Assembly (NCBI GenBank): GCA_017853315.1
Contig: JAFMJW010000003.1
Span: forward strand, 4,537 to 68,536
Direction of reading: 5' to 3'
Length of the DNA stretch: 64,000 bases
Source of the DNA: Alphaproteobacteria bacterium
GTDB lineage: Bacteria; Desulfobacterota; Binatia; UBA12015
Shown: in pieces, positions 30,451 to 41,798 of the stretch
Numbering within the stretch: position 1 is the first letter of the stretch
Layout of the letters: each line of letters starts with the position of its first letter
The notes under the pieces: model-generated
The model's input: the letters and a program-made list of their open reading frames with translations, nothing else
What the model was told of the DNA's origin: nothing
Databases searched by the model: none
Program-made: the position numbers and the translations under genes

Positions 30451-30861
30451 GTGTCGAAGGAGCCGGTCGTGGAGACCGTGGCGGTCGCGACGGAGCGGGC
30501 CCCCGGCGCGATCGGGCCGTATTCCCAGGCGATCGCGACCGGCGACCTCGTGTTCTGCTCGGGCCAGATCGGGCTCGACCCGGCCACGGGCGAGATCGTC
30601 CCCGGCGGGATCGAGGCCGAGACGCGTCGCGTGCTCGCGAACCTCTCCGCGGTCCTCTCGGCGGCGGGCTCGAGCCCGGCCGAGGTCGTCCGCACGACCA
30701 TCTTCCTGGCCGACCTCGCCGACTTCGCGACCGTGAACGCGCTCTATGGCGCCTGGGTCGGGGTGCCCGCGCCCGCCCGGGCGACCGTGGGGGTGGCGGC
30801 CCTGCCCCGGGGGGCCCGGGTCGAGATCGACGCCATCGCGCGCCGGCGCGGGCGGGCCTGA
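30451..30861 (+). CDS. ridA: RidA (YjgF/TdcF) enamine/imine deaminase
   Basis: GTG at 30451. Motifs [29 protein letters not shown] and [17 protein letters not shown]. Confidence 0.85.
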   Translation: MSKEPVVETVAVATERAPGAIGPYSQAIATGDLVFCSGQIGLDPATGEIVPGGIEAETRRVLANLSAVLSAAGSSPAEVVRTTIFLADLADFATVNALYGAWVGVPAPARATVGVAALPRGARVEIDAIARRRGRA

Positions 30862-30974
30862 CTCGTCGACTTTACATCGCCGTTCTCGACCGTTACCCGC
30901 TGGACTTCATCGATCGGCCCGGTTCCGCCGCATCCCGGCGACCCTCGGGACGGTCCACCCTGGAGATTCGACCC

Positions 30975-31196
30975 ATGGCGCGCGCGTGCGAGATCTGTGG
31001 CAAGGCCCGTTCGGTGGGCAACAACGTGAGCCACGCGAACAACAAGACCAAGCGCGTGTGGCGTCCGAACCTCCAGCCGGCCCGCGCCTCGATCGACGGC
31101 GGCACGCGCCGGGTACTGGTCTGCACGCGCTGCCTGCGCTCGGGCAAGGTCGCGAAGGTCAGCGGCTCGCGCCCCGCGGCTTCCGCTTCGGCCTGA
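30975..31196 (+). CDS. rpmB: 50S ribosomal protein L28
   Basis: 73 aa, [34 protein letters not shown]. Confidence 0.9.
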   Translation: MARACEICGKARSVGNNVSHANNKTKRVWRPNLQPARASIDGGTRRVLVCTRCLRSGKVAKVSGSRPAASASA

Positions 31197-31737
31197 CCCG
31201 GGCCGCGGCCTTTCGGCCCGCTGCCGGAAGGGCCCGGACTTCGCCACGCGACCGGGCGACGAGCCGGGTGGTGGACTCGCCGGGCACGAGAGCGACCCGA
31301 AGCACCTTGCCGCCGCGAGCCCGCACCTCGTCGGCTCCGACGATCGCGTCGGCCTTCCAGTCGGCGCCCTTGGCGAGCACGTCCGGTTCGATCGCGCGGA
31401 TCGCCTCGAGCGGCGTGTCCTCGTCGAACACGACCACGAGGTCGACGGCCGCGAGCCCGGCCAGCACCTCGGCGCGCGCTGCTTCGTGCTGCACCGGTCG
31501 GTCCGGTCCCTTCAGGCGACGCACGGAGCGGTCCGAGTTGATCGCGACGACGAGCAGGTCGCCCGCCCGTCGTGCCGCCGCCAGGTAGCGGACGTGGCCC
31601 GGGTGGAGCAGGTCGAAGCAGCCGTTCGTGAAGACGACGCGACGCCCCGAGCGCCGGGCGGCGCGGCAGCGCCGGGCGGCGGCGGCGAGCGTGGTCAGCT
31701 TGGTGCGATGGTCGGGGATCCTCGCGCGCGGGGCCAT
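31159..31737 (-). CDS. hldC: D-beta-D-heptose-1-phosphate adenylyltransferase (HldE domain II / HldC, cytidylyltransferase-like)
   Basis: Only the 3' 579 nt of - ORF 31159..34152 make a coherent protein: [82 protein letters not shown]... (the HxGH nucleotidyltransferase motif). The ATG is the complement of 31735..31737. The 3' end overlaps rpmB convergently by ~38 bp. Confidence 0.85.
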   Translation of the reverse strand: MAPRARIPDHRTKLTTLAAAARRCRAARRSGRRVVFTNGCFDLLHPGHVRYLAAARRAGDLLVVAINSDRSVRRLKGPDRPVQHEAARAEVLAGLAAVDLVVVFDEDTPLEAIRAIEPDVLAKGADWKADAIVGADEVRARGGKVLRVALVPGESTTRLVARSRGEVRALPAAGRKAAARVRPKRKPRGASR

Positions 31738-31794
31738 GGCGGGGGAGGCTAGCGATGTTTGGTCGCGCCCGCAGCCGGTGGTACGGGGGCGGCG

Positions 31795-33753
<1,959 letters not shown>

Positions 33754-33754
33754 C

Positions 33755-33782
33755 GCGCGCCGGAGACCGAGCGCCGGCGCGC
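33755..33782 (+). terminator. GC-rich hairpin immediately after the mutL stop (possible intrinsic terminator without a U-tract)
   Basis: Perfect 9-bp inverted repeat gcgcgccgg / ccggcgcgc (33755-33763 / 33774-33782) with a 10-nt loop. A second 9-bp hairpin ccgcgggga-gcacc-tccccgcgg lies at 33802..33824. Confidence 0.3.
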
Positions 33783-33923
33783 CTCGCGCGGGTCGGTCGC
33801 GCCGCGGGGAGCACCTCCCCGCGGTGACGCTCCGGGCCGGCCCGGGAAGCGGCGCGCGGCGCGCCGGGCAGGGCGGTGGCTCGCGGGTTTCGCGCGGCGG
33901 GCGGCGATTGCTAGCGTCGCGGG

Positions 33924-34862
33924 ATGCCGAGGCCCCGCCTCCTCGCGCTGGTCGGCCCGACCGCGGCCGGCAAGACGGCGCTCGCGATCCGCCTCGCGGA
34001 GCGGACCTCGGCGGAGATCGTCTCGATCGACTCGCGGCAAGTGTTCCGCGGCCTCGACGTCGGCACCGCGAAGCCGACCCGCGAGGAGCGCGCGCGGGTC
34101 CCTCACCAACTGCTCGACGTCGCGGACCCGGGCGAGCGGTGGGATGCGGCACGGCACGCCGAAGAGGCCCGGCGCGCGATCGCCGGCATCGAGGCGCGCG
34201 GGCGTCCGGCGCTCCTCTGCGGCGGGAGCGGTCTCTACCTTCGCGCGCTCGCGGACGGGTTGTGCCCGGCGCCGCCGGCCGACCCCTCGCTGCGCGACCA
34301 ACTCCGGCGCGAGATCGGTGCGGGGGGAGCGGAGCGCTTGCGGGGCGAGCTCGAGTCGGGCGACCCCGAGGCGGCGCGGCGCATCGCGCCGGCGGATCAC
34401 GCGCGGCTCGTGCGGGCGGTCGAGGTGCTGCGTCTCACCGGGCGCCCGCTGTCGGCCTGGCAGGAGGAACACCGCTGCGCTGCGCGACCGTTCGACGTGG
34501 TGGTCGCCGTGCTCTCGCCGCCGGTCGAGGAACTCGATCGCCGCATCGCGGAGCGCACCGCGGCGATGTTCCGCGGAGGTCTGCTCGAGGAGACGAGCGC
34601 GGCTCTCGCCTCGGGCGTACCCGCCGACTCGGCCGCCCTGCAGTCGATCGGCTACCGCGAGGCCCAGCTCGTCCTCGCGGGGCGCTCCGGGATCGAGGAG
34701 GCCGTCGCCGCGGCGACGCTCGCGACGCGCCGTTACGCGAAGCGCCAGCGTACCTGGTTCCGCGGCCTCGCCGACGCCCACTGGCTCGATCCCGCCGACC
34801 CGGACGCCGAGCTGCTCCGCCGGGCGGCGGCGATCCGCGACGGCGGACTCCATGCCGCGTAG
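33924..34862 (+). CDS. miaA: tRNA dimethylallyltransferase
   Basis: P-loop [16 protein letters not shown] and [19 protein letters not shown]. The mutL-miaA order is conserved. Confidence 0.9.
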   Translation: MPRPRLLALVGPTAAGKTALAIRLAERTSAEIVSIDSRQVFRGLDVGTAKPTREERARVPHQLLDVADPGERWDAARHAEEARRAIAGIEARGRPALLCGGSGLYLRALADGLCPAPPADPSLRDQLRREIGAGGAERLRGELESGDPEAARRIAPADHARLVRAVEVLRLTGRPLSAWQEEHRCAARPFDVVVAVLSPPVEELDRRIAERTAAMFRGGLLEETSAALASGVPADSAALQSIGYREAQLVLAGRSGIEEAVAAATLATRRYAKRQRTWFRGLADAHWLDPADPDAELLRRAAAIRDGGLHAA

Positions 34863-35826
34863 CTACCTCGACTTCGAGGAACCGCTGCGCGAACTCGATC
34901 GCCGTCGCGACGCGGCGGCGATCGCGGGCGACGAGATGCAGGTCGAGGCGCTGGACCGAGAGATCGCGAGCGTCGCGCGGGCGATCTCGGCCGGGCTCGG
35001 GGCCTGGCAGCGCATCGCGCTCGCGCGGCATCCCGACCGGCCCACGGCGATCGAAGCCTTCCGGGTGCTCTGCACCGACTTCGTCGAGTTGCGCGGCGAC
35101 CGTTGCTTCGGCGACGACCCGGCGGTGGTCGCGGGACTCGCCCGCCGCAACGGCCGACCGCTCGCGGTGGTCGGCCACCAGCGTGGCCGCGATCCGGGCG
35201 ACCGGGTGCGGCGGAACTTCGGGATGGCGAGGCCGGAGGGCTTCCGCAAGGCGCGCCGCGTGTTCGACCTCGCGGGACGGATGGGCCTCCCGATCCTCAC
35301 CCTCGTCGACACCCAGGGTGCATGGCCGGGCACGGAGAGCGAGGAGAGGGGCATCGCCGAGTCGATCTCGGGTTGTCTCGCGGCCCTCGCGGGGGCCCCG
35401 GTCCCGGTCGTGGCCGCGCTCCTCGGCGAGGGGGGCAGCGGGGGCGCGCTCGCGTTCGCGGTCGCAGACCGGCTGCTCGCGCTCGAGAACGGCTGCCTCT
35501 CGGTGATCACGCCCGAGGGCTGCGCTTCGATCCTCGACCGCAAGCGCACGCCCGAGGGGGTCGCGCGTGCGGCGGAGTCGCTGCGGATGGGGGCGAGCGA
35601 CCTCCTGCGGCTCGGGGTCGTCGACGTCGTGGTGCCCGAGCCCGAGGGCGGCGCGCACCGCGACCCGGACGCCGCCGTGCAGGCGCTGGGGCGGGAGATC
35701 GACCGGGCGTTCGCGGATCTCTCGGAGATCTCGCCCGCCGCGTTGCGCTCGCTTCGCGACGAGCGCCTGCGCCGTCTCGGCCGCTCCGAGCTCGCCGTCT
35801 TGGTCGAGCCCGAGCAGGTGTGCTAG
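34852..35826 (+). CDS. accA: Acetyl-CoA carboxylase carboxyltransferase subunit alpha
   Basis: ATG at 34852, in the 3' part of ORF 34144..35826. Motifs LDFEEPLRELD, ARHPDRPTAIEAF and GGSGGALAFAVAD. It overlaps the miaA end by 11 bp. Confidence 0.9.
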   Translation: MPRSYLDFEEPLRELDRRRDAAAIAGDEMQVEALDREIASVARAISAGLGAWQRIALARHPDRPTAIEAFRVLCTDFVELRGDRCFGDDPAVVAGLARRNGRPLAVVGHQRGRDPGDRVRRNFGMARPEGFRKARRVFDLAGRMGLPILTLVDTQGAWPGTESEERGIAESISGCLAALAGAPVPVVAALLGEGGSGGALAFAVADRLLALENGCLSVITPEGCASILDRKRTPEGVARAAESLRMGASDLLRLGVVDVVVPEPEGGAHRDPDAAVQALGREIDRAFADLSEISPAALRSLRDERLRRLGRSELAVLVEPEQVC

Positions 35827-35837
35827 CGACCGCCGTC

Positions 35838-36980
35838 GTGGCGAAACCGTCGACGAGGCCGGCGCGGCCCGCCGCGCGGAGACCGGCCCGCGACCGCGAG
35901 TCGCTTGCCCGGCTGCGGTCGCGGATCGACCGGATCGACGACTCGATCCTGCGCCTGCTCGTCGAGCGCTTCCGCGTCGTCGAGGAGGTGTTGCAGGCGA
36001 AGCAGCGCAGCGGCGGCGCAGTCTACCGGCCGCTGCGCGAGCACGTCCAGCTCGCCCGGCTGGAGAAGCTCGCCGCGACGGCGGCCGGCCCGCTTTCCGG
36101 CGAGGCGGTGCGGGCGATCTTCGGAGAGGTCCTCTCCGCGTCCCGCGCGCTCCAGGGCTCGCCCTCGATCGCCTACCTCGGGCCGAAGGGGACCTTCTCG
36201 GAGCGCGCCGCCCAGGCGCAGTTCGGCAGCGCGGCGCGACTGGTGCCGGTCGCCTCGATCCCCGAGGTGTTCGCGGCCGTGGAGCGCAAGCGTGCGCGCC
36301 TCGGCATCGTCCCGATCGAGAACTCGACGGAGGGCATGGTCGGACCGACGCTCGACTCGCTCGTCGCTTCGCCGCTGCGCATCGTCGCGGAGCGCGGCCT
36401 CGCCGTCCGCCAGGCCCTGCTTTCCCGGGCCCCGTCGCTCGACGGCATCCGCCGGGTCGTCTCGCACCCGCAGTCGCTCGCGCAGTGCCGCGAGTGGCTC
36501 GCCCGCCGCCTGCCCGACGTGCAGGCGATCGAGGTCGCGAGCAACGCGGCCGCCGCCGCGCGCGCCGCGCGTTCGCCGAGCACCGCGGCGATCGCGTCCC
36601 GCGACGCCGCCCCCCGCTACGGGCTCCGGGTGCTGGCCGAAGACATCCAGGACGCGGCGAACAACGTGACCCGCTTCGTCGTGCTGGCCCCGGAGGGCAC
36701 GCCGTCCGAGCCCGGCGCGGACAAGCTGTCGGTGCTGTTCTCGGTCCGGAACAAGCCGGGCGCTCTCTACCGGGCGCTCGAGCCGCTCGCGCGCGCAGGC
36801 GTCGATCTCTGCAAGCTCGAGTCGCGCCCGATGCGGGGCCGCTCCTGGGAATACCTCTTCTTCGTCGACTTGCGGGGCGCGATCGAGGGGGCCCGGGTGC
36901 GCCGCGCGCTCGCTGCCATGGAGCGCGAGTGCATCCTCTTCAAGGTGCTCGGCGCCTACGCGGAAGCGCGCTCGGCGTGA
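35838..36980 (+). CDS. pheA: Bifunctional chorismate mutase / prephenate dehydratase (P-protein)
   Basis: GTG at 35838. The CM domain is LARLRSRIDRIDDSILRLLVERFRVVEEV. The PDT domain is SIAYLGPKGTFSERAA...VPIENSTEGMV, and an ACT domain closes the protein (LSVLFSVRNKPGALYRAL). Confidence 0.9.
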   Translation: MAKPSTRPARPAARRPARDRESLARLRSRIDRIDDSILRLLVERFRVVEEVLQAKQRSGGAVYRPLREHVQLARLEKLAATAAGPLSGEAVRAIFGEVLSASRALQGSPSIAYLGPKGTFSERAAQAQFGSAARLVPVASIPEVFAAVERKRARLGIVPIENSTEGMVGPTLDSLVASPLRIVAERGLAVRQALLSRAPSLDGIRRVVSHPQSLAQCREWLARRLPDVQAIEVASNAAAAARAARSPSTAAIASRDAAPRYGLRVLAEDIQDAANNVTRFVVLAPEGTPSEPGADKLSVLFSVRNKPGALYRALEPLARAGVDLCKLESRPMRGRSWEYLFFVDLRGAIEGARVRRALAAMERECILFKVLGAYAEARSA

Positions 36981-37017
36981 GAACGCGCCCTCCAGGCCGA
37001 CGGACGGGCGTCCGCCC

Positions 37018-39210
37018 GTGATCGACCGGCTCGGCATCGCGGGCGTCGGCCTGATCGGGGGATCGCTCGCGCTCGCGGCTCGTCGCGCCGGGATCGCGCG
37101 CGAGGTGGTCGGCTTCGGGCGAACCCGGGCGAACCTCGACGTCGCCCTGTCGCGCGGCATCGTCGACCGGGCCGGGACCGAGCCCTCCGTCCTCGAGGGG
37201 GCGGACTTCGTGCTGCTCGCGACCCCGGTCGGGCTGCTCGCGCCGACCGCCGCCGCGGTGGCGCCCTGGCTCGCTCCGGGCGCGATCGTCACCGACGCCG
37301 GCAGCGTGAAGGCGCCGGTCGTGCGGGCGGCGGCATCGCTCCCCGGCGGGATCCGCTTCGTCGGCGGACACCCGATCGCCGGCACCGAGGACTCGGGCGC
37401 GGCCGCGGCCGACGCGGATCTCTTTCGCGGCGCGCGCTGCGTGCTCACGCCGGTCTCCTCGACCGACGCCGACGCGCGCGCGCGCGTGCGGCGGCTCTGG
37501 GAAGCCGTCGGCATGGAGGTCGTGGAGATGTCGCCGGAGGAGCACGACGCGGTGCTGGCGCTCACGAGCCACGTGCCGCACGTGCTGGCCTTCGCGCTGG
37601 CGATCGAGGCGGGGGAGACGGCGGCGCGCGACGGCGTCGACGCGCTTTCCTTCGCGGGGCCGTCCTTCCGCAGCGCGACCCGCGTCGCGGCGAGCTCGCC
37701 GGAGACCTGGCGCGACGTGCTGTCCGCGAACGCGGCGTCGCTCTCGCTCGCCCTGGGGCGCCTGCGCGCGCGGATCGACGAGATCGAGAGCGCTGCGCGG
37801 ACCGACCCGGCCGCGCTCGAGAGGCTCGTCGCCCGGGCCCGCTCCGTGCGGCGGTCGCTCGACGCGGCCTCGCTCGCCGCGGGCCGGGGGACGAGCGGCG
37901 GCTCGGGGACGGGGCCCGCGTCGGTGCGCGTCGAGCCGGCCGGCGGTCCCCTCTCCGGCGAGGTGCGCGTGCCCGGCGACAAGTCGATCGCGCACCGCGC
38001 GATCCTGTTCGGCGCGATCGCCGAGGGGCCGACCGTGGTGCGCGGGGTCGGCGGCGGCGAGGACAATGCGTCCACGATCCGCGTCCTGCGCTCGCTCGGC
38101 GTCCGGATCGACCGCGACGGCGACGTCGTGCGGGTCGACGGCCGCGGCTTCGACGGCCTGCGCGAGCCCGCGGGCACGCTCGACTGCGGCAACTCGGGCA
38201 CGACGATGCGGCTCGTCGCAGGGGTCCTCTCGGGCAGGCCGTTCGCCTCGCGGCTCGACGGGGACGCCTCCCTGCGCAAGCGGCCGATGCGGCGCGTGAT
38301 GGAGCCGCTCGCGCGCATGGGCGCGCGCTTCGAGAGCGAGGACGGTCGCCCGCCGGTCGAGGTGCGCGGGGGAGTGCTGCGGCCGGCGAGCTTCGAGCTC
38401 GCGGTCGCGAGCGCGCAGGTGAAGACGGCGCTCGTGCTGGCCGGGCTGCAAGCCGAGGGCGAGACCGTCGTGCGCGAGCCCGCGCTCTCCCGCGATCACA
38501 CCGAGCGACTCCTGCCGGTCTTCGGCGGGCGGGTCGAGCGCCGCTCGCCGACCGAGATCGCGGTGCGCGGTCCGCAGCGGCTGCGGGGCGCCGAGGTCGT
38601 CGTCCCGGGGGATCCGAGTGCCGCCGCCTTCTGGCTCGTCGCGGGCTCGATCGTCCCGGGATCGCGCGTGGTCGTGCGCGACGTGTGCGTGAACCCGACC
38701 CGCACCGGGGCGATCGACGCGCTCCGCGCGATGGGAGCCCGCATCGCGCTGCGGTCTCGTCCCCCGGTCGGGGAGGAGGAGGTCGCGGACCTCGAGGTCG
38801 AGGCGGCGCGACTGCGGTCGGCCGAGATCTCGGGCGAGACGATGCTGCGGGCGATCGACGAGTTCCCGGTGCTCGCGGTGGCGGCCGCGCTCGCCTCGGG
38901 CGAGACGCGTTTCCGCGACGCCGGGGAATTGCGGGTGAAGGAGAGCGACCGGATCGCGGCGATGGCGGTCGGGCTCCGGGCGCTCGGCGCCGAGGTCTCG
39001 GAGCTGCCCGACGGGCTCGTCGTGCGCGGGCCGACGGTGCTCGGCGGCGGCGTGGTCGAGAGCCACGGCGACCACCGGATCGCGATGGCCTTCGCGATCG
39101 CCGCGCTCGCCGCGCGCGCGGCGGTCGAGATCCGCGGCGCCGAGGCGATCGCGGTCTCCGACCCGGGCTTCCTCGACACGCTCGCGCGCCTGCGGGGAGC
39201 GAGGGCATGA
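37018..39210 (+). CDS. Fusion of prephenate/arogenate dehydrogenase (TyrA) and 3-phosphoshikimate 1-carboxyvinyltransferase (AroA, EPSP synthase)
   Basis: 730 aa. The N-terminal ~290 aa have a Rossmann fold (GIAGVGLIGGSLALAARRAG) and the TyrA core. The C-terminal ~440 aa are EPSP synthase (LSGEVRVPGDKSIAHRAILFGAIAEGPTVV...LDCGNSGTTMRL...ESDRIAAMA). Confidence 0.9.
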   Translation: MIDRLGIAGVGLIGGSLALAARRAGIAREVVGFGRTRANLDVALSRGIVDRAGTEPSVLEGADFVLLATPVGLLAPTAAAVAPWLAPGAIVTDAGSVKAPVVRAAASLPGGIRFVGGHPIAGTEDSGAAAADADLFRGARCVLTPVSSTDADARARVRRLWEAVGMEVVEMSPEEHDAVLALTSHVPHVLAFALAIEAGETAARDGVDALSFAGPSFRSATRVAASSPETWRDVLSANAASLSLALGRLRARIDEIESAARTDPAALERLVARARSVRRSLDAASLAAGRGTSGGSGTGPASVRVEPAGGPLSGEVRVPGDKSIAHRAILFGAIAEGPTVVRGVGGGEDNASTIRVLRSLGVRIDRDGDVVRVDGRGFDGLREPAGTLDCGNSGTTMRLVAGVLSGRPFASRLDGDASLRKRPMRRVMEPLARMGARFESEDGRPPVEVRGGVLRPASFELAVASAQVKTALVLAGLQAEGETVVREPALSRDHTERLLPVFGGRVERRSPTEIAVRGPQRLRGAEVVVPGDPSAAAFWLVAGSIVPGSRVVVRDVCVNPTRTGAIDALRAMGARIALRSRPPVGEEEVADLEVEAARLRSAEISGETMLRAIDEFPVLAVAAALASGETRFRDAGELRVKESDRIAAMAVGLRALGAEVSELPDGLVVRGPTVLGGGVVESHGDHRIAMAFAIAALAARAAVEIRGAEAIAVSDPGFLDTLARLRGARA

Positions 39211-39920
39211 GCCGCCCGCGGCCGATCGTCACGATCGACGGCCCCGCCGGCGCCGGCAAGAGCACGGTCAGCCGCGCGCTCGCCGATCGGCTGGGCTTCG
39301 TCTACCTCGACACCGGGGCGATCTACCGCACGGTCGCGCTCGCGGCCGACGACGAGGGGCTCGGCGAGGCCATCGACCGGTCGGACCTCGCGCCCGGGGC
39401 CTCGCCCGCGGAGATCGCGCGGCTCGAGGCGATCGCCGCGGGGCTCGCGATCGGGTTCGAGGACGGCGGGCGGCGGGTGCGGCTCGCGGGTCGCGACGTC
39501 AGCGCGGAGATCCGCCGCCCCGAGGTGGGACAGCGGGCCTCGAAGGTCTCGGCGATCCCCGAGGTGAGGCGGGCCCTCCTCGACCTGCAGCGCCGGATCG
39601 CCGCCGGCGGCGGGGTCGTTGCCGAGGGGCGGGACGTGGGGACGGTGGTCTTTCCCGACGCGGAGGTGAAGTTCTTCCTCACCGCGGCCCCCCTCGTCCG
39701 GGCGGAGCGGCGGGTCGGGGACCTTCGCGAGCGGGGGATCCCGGCCGACGTGGACCAGGTCCTGGCCGAGATCGAGGCGCGCGACGCCCGCGACTCGAAG
39801 CGGGCCGTGGCGCCGCTCGCGTGCCCCGTCGACGCGGTCACGATCGACAGCAGCGGTCTCGACGCGCACGCCGTGGTCGCCCGGATGGAGGAAGTCCTAA
39901 CCTCCCGCAAGAACGCTTGA
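39207..39920 (+). CDS. cmk: Cytidylate kinase
   Basis: The ATG at 39207 overlaps the aroA stop (ATGA). P-loop IVTIDGPAGAGKSTVSRALA. The aroA-cmk-rpsA-ihfB synteny matches E. coli. Confidence 0.9.
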   Translation: MSRPRPIVTIDGPAGAGKSTVSRALADRLGFVYLDTGAIYRTVALAADDEGLGEAIDRSDLAPGASPAEIARLEAIAAGLAIGFEDGGRRVRLAGRDVSAEIRRPEVGQRASKVSAIPEVRRALLDLQRRIAAGGGVVAEGRDVGTVVFPDAEVKFFLTAAPLVRAERRVGDLRERGIPADVDQVLAEIEARDARDSKRAVAPLACPVDAVTIDSSGLDAHAVVARMEEVLTSRKNA

Positions 39921-40001
39921 AATGCCGGTGGGGCGGGGGTATGCCCTTTCGAGCGCGCGGGGTCTCTCCGCGGGCGAAATCCCCCCGGAGGACTCCGCTG
40001 C

Positions 40002-41723
40002 ATGATGATTGGGAACGACGATCCGTCGTCTCTGGACGACGATTTTGGCCGGCTTTTCGAGGCGAGCCTCACTTCCGTCAAGCCAGGTGAAGTCGTCAAG
40101 GGACGGGTCGTCCAGGTCGCGAACGGATTCGTCACCGTCGACATCGGGTACAAGTCCGAAGGGCAGGTGCCGATCGGCGAGTTCCGCGACCGCGAGGGCG
40201 TGATCGACGTCAAGCCCGGCGACGAGGTCGACGTCTACTTCGAGGCCACCGAGAGCGACGGCGGCGGCGTGAGCCTCTCGCGCGCGAAGGCCGAGCAGGT
40301 CAAGGTCTGGCGCGACATCGAGATCGCCTACAACGACGGCCAGCCGATCGAAGGGCTGATCGTCGGCAAGGTGAAGGGCGGACTCAAGGTCGACATCGGC
40401 GTCCCGGCGTTCCTTCCCGGCTCCCACGCGGACCTGCGCCCGACCCGAAACCTCGACCGCTTCATCGGCCAGAAGGGCCGCTTCCAGATCCTCAAGTTCA
40501 ACCGCTCGCGCGGCAACGTCGTGGTGTCGCGGCGCGCGGTGCTCGAGCGCGAGCGCTCGGCGCTGAAGGAAGAGACGCTGCGCGTGCTCGAGGAAGGCAT
40601 CATCCTCGAGGGCGTGGTGAAGAACATCACGGACTACGGCGCCTTCGTGGACCTGGGCGGGCTCGACGGCCTGCTGCACATCACCGACATGTCGTGGGGC
40701 CGCATCTCGCACCCCTCCGAAGTCATCGCGGTGGGCGACCAGCTGAAGGTCGTCGTGCTCAAGTACGACCCCGAGCGCGAGCGTGTCTCGCTGGGCATGA
40801 AGCAGATCATGCCCGACCCGTGGACCACGGCGGCCGACCGCTTCCCGGTCGGTACCCGCATCCGCGGCAAGGTCGTGAGCATCACCGACTACGGCGCATT
40901 CGTCGAACTCGAGAAGGGGGTCGAGGGGCTGATCCACGTCTCGGAGATGTCGTGGACCAAGCGGGTCACGCATCCCTCGAAGATCCTCGAGGTCGGTGCC
41001 GAGGTCGAGGTGCAGGTGCTCGACGTGGACCCCGGCAACCGCCGCATCTCGCTCGGGCTGAAGCAGGTCGAGCCGAATCCCTGGGAGATGGTCCGCGTCA
41101 ACCACCCGATCGGCAGCCGCATCACCGGCAAGGTGAAGAGCATCACCGACTTCGGCGTGTTCGTCGGCGTCGAGGACGGGATCGACGGACTGGTCCACAT
41201 CTCGGACCTCCACTGGACCAAGAAGGTCAAGCACCCGTCCGAGATCTACAAGAAGGGCGACGACATCGAGGCCGTGGTTCTGGGCGTCGACGTCGACAAC
41301 GAGCGCATTTCGCTCGGCGTGAAGCAGCTCGCCGGCGATCCGTGGCAGGCTCTGCCCCAGCGCTTCCCGATCGGGACGCGGGTGAAGGGCCCGATCACGA
41401 GCGTGACCGACTTCGGCGTGTTCGTGGAGATCGAGGACGGGATCGAGGGTCTGATCCACGTCTCGCAGATCTCGCACGAGCGGGTCGACAAGCCGAGCCA
41501 GCTGTTCAAGGTCGGCGACGAGGTCGAGGCGGAGGTCACCAACGTCGACCCGCGCGAGAAGAAGATCGGGCTCTCGGTGAAGGCGCTGCAGCGCACCCAG
41601 GAGCGCGAGGAGATGAACGCGTACATGAGCCGCGAGGGACAGTCCGCGCGGTTCTCGCTCGAAGACGTGGTGGGGGCGGATCTGCAGCGGGCGGTGGGCG
41701 ACAAGGCGAAGCCGCAGGGCTGA
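40002..41723 (+). CDS. rpsA: 30S ribosomal protein S1
   Basis: 573 aa with six S1 repeats (VKGRVV...; LEGVVKNITDYGAFVDLGG; GKVVSITDYGAFVELEKG; GKVKSITDFGVFVGVEDG; GPITSVTDFGVFVEIEDG ...). Confidence 0.95.
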   Translation: MMIGNDDPSSLDDDFGRLFEASLTSVKPGEVVKGRVVQVANGFVTVDIGYKSEGQVPIGEFRDREGVIDVKPGDEVDVYFEATESDGGGVSLSRAKAEQVKVWRDIEIAYNDGQPIEGLIVGKVKGGLKVDIGVPAFLPGSHADLRPTRNLDRFIGQKGRFQILKFNRSRGNVVVSRRAVLERERSALKEETLRVLEEGIILEGVVKNITDYGAFVDLGGLDGLLHITDMSWGRISHPSEVIAVGDQLKVVVLKYDPERERVSLGMKQIMPDPWTTAADRFPVGTRIRGKVVSITDYGAFVELEKGVEGLIHVSEMSWTKRVTHPSKILEVGAEVEVQVLDVDPGNRRISLGLKQVEPNPWEMVRVNHPIGSRITGKVKSITDFGVFVGVEDGIDGLVHISDLHWTKKVKHPSEIYKKGDDIEAVVLGVDVDNERISLGVKQLAGDPWQALPQRFPIGTRVKGPITSVTDFGVFVEIEDGIEGLIHVSQISHERVDKPSQLFKVGDEVEAEVTNVDPREKKIGLSVKALQRTQEREEMNAYMSREGQSARFSLEDVVGADLQRAVGDKAKPQG

Positions 41724-41798
41724 GCCGATGCCTCCCACGGGCGCCCCGGAGCCGTCGCCCCCAGCGGGGCGGACCGCGACGCGGTCCGTCGGCGATCC

